The position numbers and the translations under genes were made by a program. DNA of 24,000 nucleotides from an uncultured Clostridia bacterium (GTDB lineage Bacteria; Bacillota; Clostridia; Christensenellales; UBA1242), in contig CAKVHI010000003.1 in assembly GCA_934747965.1 (NCBI GenBank), positions 14,850 to 38,849 on the forward strand, read 5' to 3'. The notes under the pieces are model-generated. The model had not been told where the DNA came from, ran no database searches, and was given only the letters and a program-made list of their open reading frames with translations. Numbering within the stretch: position 1 is the stretch's first letter; each line of letters opens with the position of its first letter. Shown here one piece after another: positions 13,807-22,014 of this stretch.

Positions 13807-14280
13807 TTATTCCACAGGAATAACCTTTATATTGTCAAAACTTGTGCCTGTTTGCTCTTTAACAATAGAGAAAATCTTTTTAATTTCAGCTTTTCCAAGT
13901 TCGCCAGATTTGATAATAACATTTACAGTGTTAGCTGAAGTTGTTACGATACAATCTTCAAATCCTTGAGCTTTTATTAGTCCTTCTGTAACAAGTTCAG
14001 TTTCCATAGCAGAAATTAAACTTAATTTTTTGCTTTCAGCAAGATTTTTTGAGTCGGCACTTGAAGTTTCACTGTTCAAAATCGCATCATAGTATAACAA
14101 TTCCTGATCTCTTGTTGTTTGCCTGTCTGTTCTGTATGTTACAAAGAAATTTCCTGTTGTAACTGTAGTTGAAGTGTTAGACGCTGTTAAATTATTGTTC
14201 AAAACAATGTTTAAAACCCCCGTTACAATAAGCAAACACATCATAACGCTTAAAATGATAATTTTTTTCTTTTTACTCAT
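13807..14280 (-). CDS. spoIIIAH: stage III sporulation protein AH
   Basis: This is the last gene of the spoIIIA cluster. It has an N-terminal signal-anchor (KKKKIIILSVMMCLLIVTGVL) and a soluble C-terminal domain. I chose the ATG at 14280, which follows AAAGGGGTG. The ORF-track start at 14307 is a TTG overlapping spoIIIAG. Confidence 0.75.
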   Translation of the reverse strand: MSKKKKIIILSVMMCLLIVTGVLNIVLNNNLTASNTSTTVTTGNFFVTYRTDRQTTRDQELLYYDAILNSETSSADSKNLAESKKLSLISAMETELVTEGLIKAQGFEDCIVTTSANTVNVIIKSGELGKAEIKKIFSIVKEQTGTSFDNIKVIPVE

Positions 14281-14293
14281 AATACACCCCTTT

Positions 14294-14875
14294 TTATTTT
14301 CCTGCAAAAACTTGGATATTTTCGCTAGGAATAGATACTATTGCTTCTACGGCTTTCAAGATGTTAAGTTTAACATTAATATCTTCAGCCCCACCAGCAA
14401 CAACCAAAACTCCGTTAACTTTTGGCAAAATCTCCATCAAAATTATGGGTTTGCTTGTCCCGTTCTCTGTAACAATAATCGGAGTTTTAACAACTGTTAC
14501 ATTTTTTCCTTTTTCGTTTTCCACTGTTTTTTCCTCAACATTGTTAGCAATCACAACTTCTCCACCACTTGAAACACTAACCACAACAGCAACATTTTTA
14601 ACACCTTTCAAACTACTTAAAGTCGAAGTTAGTTTTTCTTCCAAAAGTTTGGCGTATTCACTTGAACTTGTAACCAAAACTTGGGAAGAAGATTCAGCAT
14701 TTGTTTTTGTACTGCTTTTTTGAGGACTGAAATTTACAAAATAGATAACAAGCAGTAAACTAATAAATATTATGCAAATTATTATTTCAATATGCTTAAC
14801 ATTTTTAAGTTTTTTGAACAACGGCAATTTAAAAAGATTTTCAACTAATTTTCCATCTTTTTTATTCTCACTCAC
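14294..14875 (-). CDS. spoIIIAG: stage III sporulation protein AG
   Basis: 193 aa, GTG start preceded by GGTGGTGA. It has an N-terminal TM helix and a C-terminal ring-forming domain ending ..VNGVLVVAGGAEDINVKLNILKAVEAIVSIPSENIQVF, which resembles SpoIIIAG. It overlaps spoIIIAF by 8 nt. Confidence 0.8.
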   Translation of the reverse strand: MSENKKDGKLVENLFKLPLFKKLKNVKHIEIIICIIFISLLLVIYFVNFSPQKSSTKTNAESSSQVLVTSSSEYAKLLEEKLTSTLSSLKGVKNVAVVVSVSSGGEVVIANNVEEKTVENEKGKNVTVVKTPIIVTENGTSKPIILMEILPKVNGVLVVAGGAEDINVKLNILKAVEAIVSIPSENIQVFAGK

Positions 14876-15359
14876 TTATCACCACCTTTTCACTTTCTAT
14901 CCCCAAAACAGAAATAATGATTGATTTTATTTCCTGATATTTATCTATATGCAAGCCATTATTATTGATAACTAAATTTTTCAAATTAACATTAACTTTT
15001 TCAATTTGAAATCTCTTTGTCGACAAATTCAAACCAATTTCTACTTTACCCCCCCAAAAACCCTTACTATTAAGTTGTTCTACACAAACTTTTTCCAAAT
15101 TTTCTTTATATGAATTATTATAATTTTTTATATAATCTTCATTTATTTCAACACTTGATTGATTGTAAATAAACTTATTAAAATCTATATCATTTATATT
15201 TATTTTAAGAACAGGTGAAATCATAACAAACACAACAAAAACAGAAAAAATCGCTTTTATATATTTTTGCATTTCACCTTCAGGCAATATCAAATCAACA
15301 AGCACACTAATAATAACAATCCCAACAACAGACAAAAGCCATCCAGAAATCAAACTCAT
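14868..15359 (-). CDS. spoIIIAF: stage III sporulation protein AF
   Basis: 163 aa. It has two N-terminal TM helices (WLLSVVGIVIISVLVDLILPEG.., IKAIFSVFVVFVMISPVL) followed by a soluble domain. It sits between AE and AG. Confidence 0.75.
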   Translation of the reverse strand: MSLISGWLLSVVGIVIISVLVDLILPEGEMQKYIKAIFSVFVVFVMISPVLKININDIDFNKFIYNQSSVEINEDYIKNYNNSYKENLEKVCVEQLNSKGFWGGKVEIGLNLSTKRFQIEKVNVNLKNLVINNNGLHIDKYQEIKSIIISVLGIESEKVVISE

Positions 15360-15362
15360 TCT

Positions 15363-16559
15363 TTACCCCCAATAAACATTACCTGAAGTCATTAAAAGTC
15401 CAACAGAAATAAGATACATAAGAGCGACACACAAAATTGACGCAATAAGCATATTTATTGCCTTAGAAACCGAAAACAAAAAGTTTGAAATTTTGTCATC
15501 CATCATAGGCTCAAGAACAGCCGACAATAGATGAAGAGCCCATTTAAACACCAAAATCGTAACTATAGGCGACAAAATAGACAAAATAATAAGCAATAGT
15601 CCTGCAGTGCCAACAGCATTTTTAATCAAAACCGAACTTGCCATTATAAGGTTAAAACCATCACTTAAATAACCCCCAACAATAGGAACATAAGTCTTTA
15701 AAGCATATTTTGTCGTTCTTATTGAAACACTATCAAAACTTCCGGCGCTTATACCTTTTATAGCCATAGTGCCGGTAAACACAGTAAAAACAATGCCTAT
15801 AACCCATTTAAAAACATCATTTAATAAACTAGAAAATTTGTTTAATTTAACATTATTTGATAAATTTCCAACGACCGAAATAACAAAACTTACCAAAAAA
15901 ATAGGCAAAACAATGTAACTAAAAACATTTATAATCAGCCCACTAAGCATAGCCATTATCGGCTGGTAAATTCCAACACTTACGGTATTCCCAACAGAAG
16001 CCATAAGAGTTAAAATTATTGGAAAAATAACTTCCATTTGGTTTTGCATAGATTTTATAGAAGAAGTTGCAATATTTACCAAGTTTGTAATGCTTGCACA
16101 AACAATTATAATAACTGCCGAATAACAAACAAAGTGAACAATACTAGACAAATTTTTGTTGCCTTTTGTTTTGAAATGTCCAACAACATTTGAAAGTATT
16201 GCCAAGGCAAAAACCGAAGCCAAAAGCGGAATTATCTTTTTAAAATCAGACAAAAAAGTTTTTAAAAAGGAAGAAAACAAATCTTTAAAATCAAATGAAT
16301 ACTCGCCACTTATAAGCTTTTTAACCTTGTCTAAAAAACTACTTGCCCCAAAGTTTTCCGAGTTTTCTAGTTTGCTTAATTCATCATCTAAATCTTTAAA
16401 ATCAAAGAAACCGAGTTTATCGTCCGTTTCTTTTTGTAAATCTTCTTCAATAGATATTGAATAGTTAAGCCCTTCACTTTTACAATCTTTGTTAAAACAA
16501 ACAAAACTACAAGAGATTAAGGCTATTATAAATACCAAAATCAAAAAACGCTTTTTCAT
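15363..16559 (-). CDS. spoIIIAE: stage III sporulation protein AE
   Basis: It has a signal peptide (MKKRFLILVFIIALISCSFV) and a polytopic permease-like body, and is the largest spoIIIA membrane protein. I chose the ATG at 16559, which forms an ATGA overlap with the spoIIIAD stop. The ORF-track start at 16616 adds 19 aa inside spoIIIAD. Confidence 0.88.
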   Translation of the reverse strand: MKKRFLILVFIIALISCSFVCFNKDCKSEGLNYSISIEEDLQKETDDKLGFFDFKDLDDELSKLENSENFGASSFLDKVKKLISGEYSFDFKDLFSSFLKTFLSDFKKIIPLLASVFALAILSNVVGHFKTKGNKNLSSIVHFVCYSAVIIIVCASITNLVNIATSSIKSMQNQMEVIFPIILTLMASVGNTVSVGIYQPIMAMLSGLIINVFSYIVLPIFLVSFVISVVGNLSNNVKLNKFSSLLNDVFKWVIGIVFTVFTGTMAIKGISAGSFDSVSIRTTKYALKTYVPIVGGYLSDGFNLIMASSVLIKNAVGTAGLLLIILSILSPIVTILVFKWALHLLSAVLEPMMDDKISNFLFSVSKAINMLIASILCVALMYLISVGLLMTSGNVYWG

Positions 16560-16942
16560 TTTATAATACCCACAATAGTAGTTATCATTGAACTTATTAT
16601 CGGAAGAGCCAAACATAAAATTATTACCTTCCCAGCAAGCAAAACCTTGTCAGCGACCGAACTGTTTCCCGTATCTTGGCAAACATTTGCGCCAAATTCA
16701 GTTATATAACCAACACCTACTATTTTTAATACGCTAGAAAACAACGCAAAATCAACTTTTGTTTTACTCACAATTTGGACAAACGAATTAACAATTTGCC
16801 CTAAATAATTTACTAAACTTATCAAAATTATAATTCCGCCAGCCAAAGAAACCAAAATCGACAATTCTGGTTTAAATTGCTTTAGAACAATAGTAGCAAC
16901 ACAAGTAACAACTCCTATAATAATAATTTTGATTATATCCAC
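16556..16942 (-). CDS. spoIIIAD: stage III sporulation protein AD
   Basis: VDIIKIIIIGVVTCVATIVLKQFKPE...LKIVGVGYITEFGANVCQDTGNSSVADKVLLAGKVIILCLALPII aligns with B. subtilis SpoIIIAD (MQIDIVQIVGLGLIA...IAYIAEFGAQL..ELAGKILIL). I chose the GTG at 16942, which follows GGGGG, giving 128 aa. Alternative upstream starts (GTG 17011, ATG 17002) cannot be excluded. Confidence 0.8.
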   Translation of the reverse strand: MDIIKIIIIGVVTCVATIVLKQFKPELSILVSLAGGIIILISLVNYLGQIVNSFVQIVSKTKVDFALFSSVLKIVGVGYITEFGANVCQDTGNSSVADKVLLAGKVIILCLALPIISSMITTIVGIIK

Positions 16943-17056
16943 ACCGCCCCCATAAGAAAAATAATAAGTTAGCACAAGCCTTGTTACAAATAAAATTAGC
17001 ATTACAAACACGGATAAGTAAAGTTATATTTTAATAACATTAAAACTCAAATCCAC

Positions 17057-17254
17057 TCAAAACAAGGTAAACAAATTTTTAACTGTTGTAAACAACTCGT
17101 TAATAAGTTTTACCACCATTAAAAGTACAATTATTAACCCAGACAAAGTTGTAAAAGTTGCAATTTCATCCTTTCCTGCATATTTTAAAACTTGATTTAC
17201 GACCGCTGTTAAAATTCCTATTCCCGCTATCTTAAAAATTATTTCAACACCCAT
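17057..17254 (-). CDS. spoIIIAC: stage III sporulation protein AC
   Basis: 65 aa. MGVEIIFKIAGIGILTAVVNQVLKYAGKDEIATFTTLSGLIIVLLMV.. closely resembles B. subtilis SpoIIIAC (MGVDVNVIFQIAGVGIVVAFLHTIL..GKKEYAQWVTLLGFI). An AAAAGGGGT RBS is present. Confidence 0.9.
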   Translation of the reverse strand: MGVEIIFKIAGIGILTAVVNQVLKYAGKDEIATFTTLSGLIIVLLMVVKLINELFTTVKNLFTLF

Positions 17255-17263
17255 TTTTACCCC

Positions 17264-17309
17264 TTTTGCATAGTATTTTGCATAGTACTATGCATAGTAC
17301 TATGCAAAA
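17264..17309. repeat. 46-nt repeat block: perfect 34-nt palindrome plus one extra tandem 12-mer, filling the spoIIIAB-spoIIIAC spacer
   Basis: The plus strand reads TTTTGCATAGTA TTTTGCATAGTA CTATGCATAG TACTATGCAAAA. Positions 17276-17309 equal their own reverse complement, which I checked base by base. The block starts immediately after the spoIIIAB TAG stop and ends at the spoIIIAC GGGG RBS. Confidence 0.9.
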
Positions 17310-17780
17310 CTAAATTAAGATTATACAAACCAATATTGCCACCAAAATTGACAGTTTTTTGTACATACTTCCTTGCTTATCATTATTCAATTTTGCCTGT
17401 TTCAACAAACTATCAAAGATTTCAAGATTTTTATCGATATACTCTTTTTGACTTTCGCAATCGCTTTTTCCCAAACCTTTAAAAAAATCTTTTAATTTGT
17501 TGTTTTCCTCTTTAGAAATCAAATTCAAATCAACAAATTCTTTATCTTGCAAACTATTTTTATAATTCAACAATAACTCTGTCAAGTCAGTATTTTTCGT
17601 TTTGTAATTGTCAACAATTTCAACAATATCCCTTTCAAAAAAACCTATTTCACTTTTAAGATAAATTAAAAAATTTTTAAATTCATAGTAAAATTTTTCT
17701 TTTTTCTTAAATTTGTTTCCTATATTAAAACCTAAAACACAAATTGACCCGAAAATTAAACCCAAAATTAAGCTTTTCAT
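17310..17780 (-). CDS. spoIIIAB: stage III sporulation protein AB
   Basis: 156 aa. It has N- and C-terminal TM helices flanking a helical cytoplasmic domain (..LKDFFKGLGKSDCESQKEYI..), which is the same layout as SpoIIIAB. It forms an ATGA overlap with the spoIIIAA stop. Confidence 0.8.
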   Translation of the reverse strand: MKSLILGLIFGSICVLGFNIGNKFKKKEKFYYEFKNFLIYLKSEIGFFERDIVEIVDNYKTKNTDLTELLLNYKNSLQDKEFVDLNLISKEENNKLKDFFKGLGKSDCESQKEYIDKNLEIFDSLLKQAKLNNDKQGSMYKKLSILVAILVCIILI

Positions 17781-18691
17781 AACAACCTGACTAAATTCTC
17801 ATCAAAGATACCTTCAAGCGTTCCTGCCCCATTTTTTTTGCTTAAAACAACATAGCGTTTAAATACCTTTTTTGTAAGAATTTCATTAAATAATTTTTTT
17901 TCTTTCAAATCATTAATATCTTTTGAATGTGTAGTGGCAACAATATTAACTCCACTATTACAAGCATAAATTAAACTATCAACATCATCTTTGTTGCAAA
18001 TTTCATCTGTTATAATAACATTAGGGTTCATTGTTCTTATCCCATTTTCAAAGCCTGTTTTTTTGTTTCCAAACTGAATTATGTCTGTAAATTTCCCCAC
18101 ATCCATGCCGGCTTCGCCTTTGTTTAAACTCGAAATCTCATTTCTTTCATCCAAAATTAATAAATTTATGGGATAGTTTCGTTTACCAATTTGATAGCAT
18201 AAATCTCTTATAAAAGTCGTTTTTCCACTTCCAGGGCTCGAAATGATTAATGTATTCAAAACTTGTCCTGCTTCGACAATGAAATTTAATGAATTTAAAC
18301 TACAATTTCTAACTTCGTGAGGAAATCTTATATTCAAACTATTAAAGTTTTTAACGGTTTTTATGTAGCCATTTTCTTCAACCACTTCGCCACACAGTCC
18401 GATTCTTATTCCGCTGCTTAAAGCGATAAATCCTCTTTTTAAATCTTCATTTACACTATAAAGTGAATAGTTGCTTGCTTTCATAACTACGCTATCAATC
18501 AAATTTCTTGTGCATATTATAGCATTTTCCTCATCATTGCAAAGACCTTCCGGGCTTAAAAAATAAAGTTTGCTTCCATAATTAATAACAATAGGCTTTG
18601 AAATTCTTAATCTAATTTCAAACAAAAAACTATACTTAACTGTTTTTGCAATAAGTTCATACAAGTCTGTTGGCAAAATTTTATCTAACAT
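17777..18691 (-). CDS. spoIIIAA: stage III sporulation protein AA (AAA+ / secretion-type ATPase)
   Basis: Walker A ISSPGSGKTTFIRD and Walker B LLILDE are present. It is the first gene of the eight-gene cluster. I chose the ATG at 18691, which follows AAGGA by 7 nt. The ORF-track start at 18697 is a TTG two codons upstream. Confidence 0.9.
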   Translation of the reverse strand: MLDKILPTDLYELIAKTVKYSFLFEIRLRISKPIVINYGSKLYFLSPEGLCNDEENAIICTRNLIDSVVMKASNYSLYSVNEDLKRGFIALSSGIRIGLCGEVVEENGYIKTVKNFNSLNIRFPHEVRNCSLNSLNFIVEAGQVLNTLIISSPGSGKTTFIRDLCYQIGKRNYPINLLILDERNEISSLNKGEAGMDVGKFTDIIQFGNKKTGFENGIRTMNPNVIITDEICNKDDVDSLIYACNSGVNIVATTHSKDINDLKEKKLFNEILTKKVFKRYVVLSKKNGAGTLEGIFDENLVRLL

Positions 18692-18721
18692 ATACAATTC
18701 CTTTTTACTATAAATATTTAT

Positions 18722-18747
18722 AAAAAAAGCCTATTATTACAATAGGC
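18722..18747 (-). terminator. second of two tandem rho-independent terminators after efp
   Basis: The minus strand reads GCCTATT-gtaat-AATAGGC followed by TTTTTTT. Confidence 0.65.
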
Positions 18748-18751
18748 AAAT

Positions 18752-18784
18752 AAAAAACACAAGATTACATTTTTCTTGTGTTTT
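18752..18784 (-). terminator. first rho-independent terminator after efp
   Basis: The minus strand reads AAAACACAAG-aaaaatgtaat-CTTGTGTTTT followed by further Ts. It begins about 14 nt after the efp stop. Confidence 0.7.
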
Positions 18785-18797
18785 CGCTATTAAATTA

Positions 18798-19352
18798 TTA
18801 TACTCTTTCCATATATTCGCCAGTTCTTGTGTCAATTCTAATTCTGTCATGATTGTTAACGAATAGTGGCACTCTTAATTCTTTTCCAGTTTCAACTTTT
18901 GCCATTTTAGAAGCACTTGTAGCAGTGTTTCCTGCAACTGCTGGGTCACATTCAACAATTTCAAGTTCAACAAAAAGAGGTGGTTCAACTGAAATAATTT
19001 TTCCACTAGCTGAAACAACTGTGCACATCAAGCCATCCATTAGATAATCAAAAATAGCTGTGCAATCTTTGCTGTTTACTGGAAGTTGTTCATAAGTTTC
19101 TGGATCCATAAAATAATAAATTTCACCATCATTATAAAGATATTGCATTTCTTTTCTTTCAACTTGTACGGCTTCAACTTTTTCGTTAGTTTTGAAGTTT
19201 CTTTCAATTACTTGTCCAGTTTCAACATTCTTGATTTTTCCACGAATGAAAGCAGCAAGCCTAGGTTGACAAACATGTTGCCATTCAATAGCTTGATACA
19301 ATTTTCCCTCCCATTCAAAAGTTGTTCCCACTTTAACATCTGCTGTTAACAT
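18798..19352 (-). CDS. efp: elongation factor P (divergent loop variant)
   Basis: 184 aa with a three-domain EF-P pattern (..VGTTFEWEGKLYQAIEWQHV...AAFIRGKIKNVETGQVIE..; ..EMQYLYNDGEIYYFMDPETYEQ..; ..VETGKELRVPLFVNNHDRIRIDTRTGEYMERV). An AAGGAGGA RBS is present. The loop that normally reads KPGKG reads CQPRL here. Confidence 0.9.
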   Translation of the reverse strand: MLTADVKVGTTFEWEGKLYQAIEWQHVCQPRLAAFIRGKIKNVETGQVIERNFKTNEKVEAVQVERKEMQYLYNDGEIYYFMDPETYEQLPVNSKDCTAIFDYLMDGLMCTVVSASGKIISVEPPLFVELEIVECDPAVAGNTATSASKMAKVETGKELRVPLFVNNHDRIRIDTRTGEYMERV

Positions 19353-19364
19353 TATTATTCCTCC

Positions 19365-20210
19365 TTATAAATTATTATATATATTTTTAAGTTTAAGGGC
19401 ATCTGTCGCCATTTTGCCCTTAGACTCACAAATAACTGTTGGATTTAGTTTATATTCCTTAATCACTTTCGCCAAATTTTCAAAATCAGGCCCAAACTTT
19501 GTGTCCGACAAATCAAGATGTTTTAATTCTCCTTTTTCTGAATAAGCGATTTTAGAAAAATGGATATGAACATTTTGAGTTTTATTTATTCCAAGTTTTT
19601 TAATTGAATAATCAAAAATCTTTCTAAAATCATCTTCGGTTTTCAAACCACCTTGCATAACACAATTAATATGTCCAAAATCAAATGTAGGAATTAGGCA
19701 CTTATCAAGAGTGCATAAATCAATAATTTCTTGATAACTTCCAATCTGTGAATATTTACCCATAGTTTCTGGACAAATTATAAAATTATTTAAACCTTTT
19801 TCGTACACTTCACAAAGCAATGCATCATAACCTTGATATAAAACTTTAAGTGCTTCACTTCTTGTATTTTCTAAATTTGTTCCGCTGTGAACAACCAGCT
19901 TTTTGCCACCAAACAAATTCAAAATATTTAGACTGTTTAAAACATAATTTATAGATTTTTGCCGTGCTTCCAAACTAGGATTTGCAAAATTAATAAAATA
20001 TGGAGCATGAACACTAACTTCAATATTTTGCTTTTTTGCTTCAGCACCCAAAAGGCTAGCCGATTCAGGTTTGATTGTTATTCCATTTCCTAGCGAATAT
20101 TCAAACAATTCTAACCCCAAATTGTTTAGCCATTCAAAAACTTCAATAGTTTTTTTATGTCCTTCACTATAAAACAATTCATCATTTCCACTTGGACCAA
20201 ATTTAACCAT
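19365..20210 (-). CDS. endonuclease IV (Nfo)-family / xylose-isomerase-like TIM-barrel protein
   Basis: It has metal-ligand-type motifs in family order: VHAPYFINFANP, LVVHSG, ICPETMG, TFDFGHIN, HIHFS, ICES. I chose the ATG at 20210 (MVKFGPSG..), 2 nt after the truB stop. The ORF-track start at 20255 lies inside truB. Confidence 0.8.
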   Translation of the reverse strand: MVKFGPSGNDELFYSEGHKKTIEVFEWLNNLGLELFEYSLGNGITIKPESASLLGAEAKKQNIEVSVHAPYFINFANPSLEARQKSINYVLNSLNILNLFGGKKLVVHSGTNLENTRSEALKVLYQGYDALLCEVYEKGLNNFIICPETMGKYSQIGSYQEIIDLCTLDKCLIPTFDFGHINCVMQGGLKTEDDFRKIFDYSIKKLGINKTQNVHIHFSKIAYSEKGELKHLDLSDTKFGPDFENLAKVIKEYKLNPTVICESKGKMATDALKLKNIYNNL

Positions 20211-20212
20211 AT

Positions 20213-21070
20213 TTATACCTGCAAATTTGTTTTGATTGAAAGCAAATTGGCACAAACACTGCCAATCCCTATTAACTTATTTTGACAATAAACAACAAGA
20301 TTGTTGGCGTTTTCATGTTCAACTTTAACTTTAACCCCATTAGAAACTTTAAATAACAAATTATCATCTAAAATCAATTTTTGATAGTCTTTAAGCAAAG
20401 TATCTAACTCAGTAATTTTATCAGAAAAGTTGGTATTTGTCAAACTTTTGTAGTAGGTTGAATTTAAAATATCAAATTTTCCGCTTTCAACCCTTATTAA
20501 AGCACTCATAAAAGCACAAGAATTAGTTAATTTCCCCAAATCTCTTGCAAGACTTCTAATATAAGTTCCACCCTCACAAACAATATTAAACAAAAAACTA
20601 CTTTCGTTTATTTTGCAAATTAATTCAAAATTCTCAACCACAACTTCCTTAGGCTTAATTTCAAAACTTTTACCACTTCTTGCAAGTTCGTAAGCCCTTG
20701 TTCCATTAATGTTTTTTGCACTGAAATTTGGCGGAATTTGACTGATTTTTCCAACAAGTTGTTTTAATGCAATTTTTAACTCTTCTTCAGTAGGAATTTT
20801 TTTGCAAGTTTTAATAACTTTTCCTTCACTATCAAGAGTATCCGTTTCTTTTCCAAAACAAAATATTGCTCTATAGACTTTCTTTTTGCTCAAATAATAA
20901 TCAAAAAGTTTTGTTCCCTTATTAACCATAACAGGCAAAACACCACAAGCCAAGGGGTCAAGAGTGCCTAAGTGCCCTAATTTTTTTATGTTTAAATTTC
21001 TTTTGAGATTAGTCAAAACATAATTACTAGAAATTCCACAAGGTTTATACACATTTATTATTCCGTGCAT
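20213..21070 (-). CDS. truB: tRNA pseudouridine(55) synthase
   Basis: 285 aa. MHGIINVYKPCGISSNYV..LGHLGTLDPLACGVLPVMV contains the catalytic Asp motif. GGTYIRSLARDLG is also present. Confidence 0.95.
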   Translation of the reverse strand: MHGIINVYKPCGISSNYVLTNLKRNLNIKKLGHLGTLDPLACGVLPVMVNKGTKLFDYYLSKKKVYRAIFCFGKETDTLDSEGKVIKTCKKIPTEEELKIALKQLVGKISQIPPNFSAKNINGTRAYELARSGKSFEIKPKEVVVENFELICKINESSFLFNIVCEGGTYIRSLARDLGKLTNSCAFMSALIRVESGKFDILNSTYYKSLTNTNFSDKITELDTLLKDYQKLILDDNLLFKVSNGVKVKVEHENANNLVVYCQNKLIGIGSVCANLLSIKTNLQV

Positions 21071-22014
21071 TTAAGATATTCCTTTGCTTTTTCAATAATT
21101 TTTTTCTTTACACTGTTTTTGTTGCCATAAATTTTGCACCCAGAAGCAAATTTATGTCCTCCACCGCCAAAAAGACGGGCAAAATTACAAACATCAGTAT
21201 TTGCACTTCTAAACGAAACCCTAAACACGCCTTCTTTTTCTTCACAAATTACGCAAATAATTTTGTAGTTTTCAAGCCCAGATAACGAAAAAATAATGCA
21301 TGGTGTATAGTCTATTTCAACATCGTACTTTTGTAAATCTTTTTGCAAAATATAGGTTAATGCCAAACTATTGTCAAAAAAACTTTCAAGCCTTTGTATT
21401 GTTTCTGCTGTTAATTTTAATTGATTTAATTTCTTTTCCCTAAACAATGTGTAATTAATTTTTTCTATCTCTTCATTTATATCCTTACAAAGGTTTTCAG
21501 CAACCTCATATAAGTTGTTTGTTATGTTATACAAAAAACACCCACTATCCGTTGCTAAACCCGTGTAAAGCGAAATTTTAATGCTTTTTGTGAAATTTAT
21601 TTTTAATTCTTTTAAAAAATAATACAATATTTCACATGTAGAGCTTGCATCACTATTAACAACCTGAAATTTAGTAAAATTTTCATTATTTAAATGATGG
21701 TCAATATTTATGATATTTTCGCAATTTTTTAATACTTTTTCCATCGTGCCTATTCGTTTAATTTCACCACAATCAAGCACAAAGGCTAGGTCATATTTTT
21801 TGTTTTGACACTCAGTTTTTATTTCATCAGTTTTCAAAAACCACAAACGGTCGCCAATTTCGTCTTGAGAAAATACATCAACATTTTTTCCAAGTTGTTC
21901 CAAAGCTTCTTTAAGTGCCAAACTAGACCCTATAGCATCGCCATCTGGATTAATATGAAAAAATATTGCAATATTTTTTGATTTTTCAATTAAAGTTTTA
22001 ATCTCTTTTGTCAT
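21058..22014 (-). CDS. nrnA: DHH-family phosphoesterase, NrnA-like (oligoribonuclease / pAp phosphatase)
   Basis: 318 aa. Motifs present are HINPDGDAIGS, LDCG, NIDHH, TDSG and the DHHA1 GGGGH motif. The position between rbfA and truB is conserved in Firmicutes. Confidence 0.85.
   Translation of the reverse strand: MTKEIKTLIEKSKNIAIFFHINPDGDAIGSSLALKEALEQLGKNVDVFSQDEIGDRLWFLKTDEIKTECQNKKYDLAFVLDCGEIKRIGTMEKVLKNCENIINIDHHLNNENFTKFQVVNSDASSTCEILYYFLKELKINFTKSIKISLYTGLATDSGCFLYNITNNLYEVAENLCKDINEEIEKINYTLFREKKLNQLKLTAETIQRLESFFDNSLALTYILQKDLQKYDVEIDYTPCIIFSLSGLENYKIICVICEEKEGVFRVSFRSANTDVCNFARLFGGGGHKFASGCKIYGNKNSVKKKIIEKAKEYLKCTE

Noticed and set aside
14174-14723. Plus-strand ORFs (132 aa and 120 aa) antisense to spoIIIAH/spoIIIAG
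   Set aside because: They are shadow ORFs opposite well-supported sporulation genes, with no RBS and low-complexity products. The same reasoning rejects 78-357(-), 993-1208(+), 1305-1659(-), 5580-5801(-), 6315-6503(-), 8011-8199(+), 9112-9375(+), 10324-10527(+), 11672-11866(+), 12221-12415(+), 15943-16128(-), 18853-19349(+), 22008-22316(+) and 22700-22906(-).
16156-16464. 102-aa plus-strand ORF antisense to spoIIIAE
   Set aside because: It is a K/S-rich shadow frame of the spoIIIAE coding strand with no start context.
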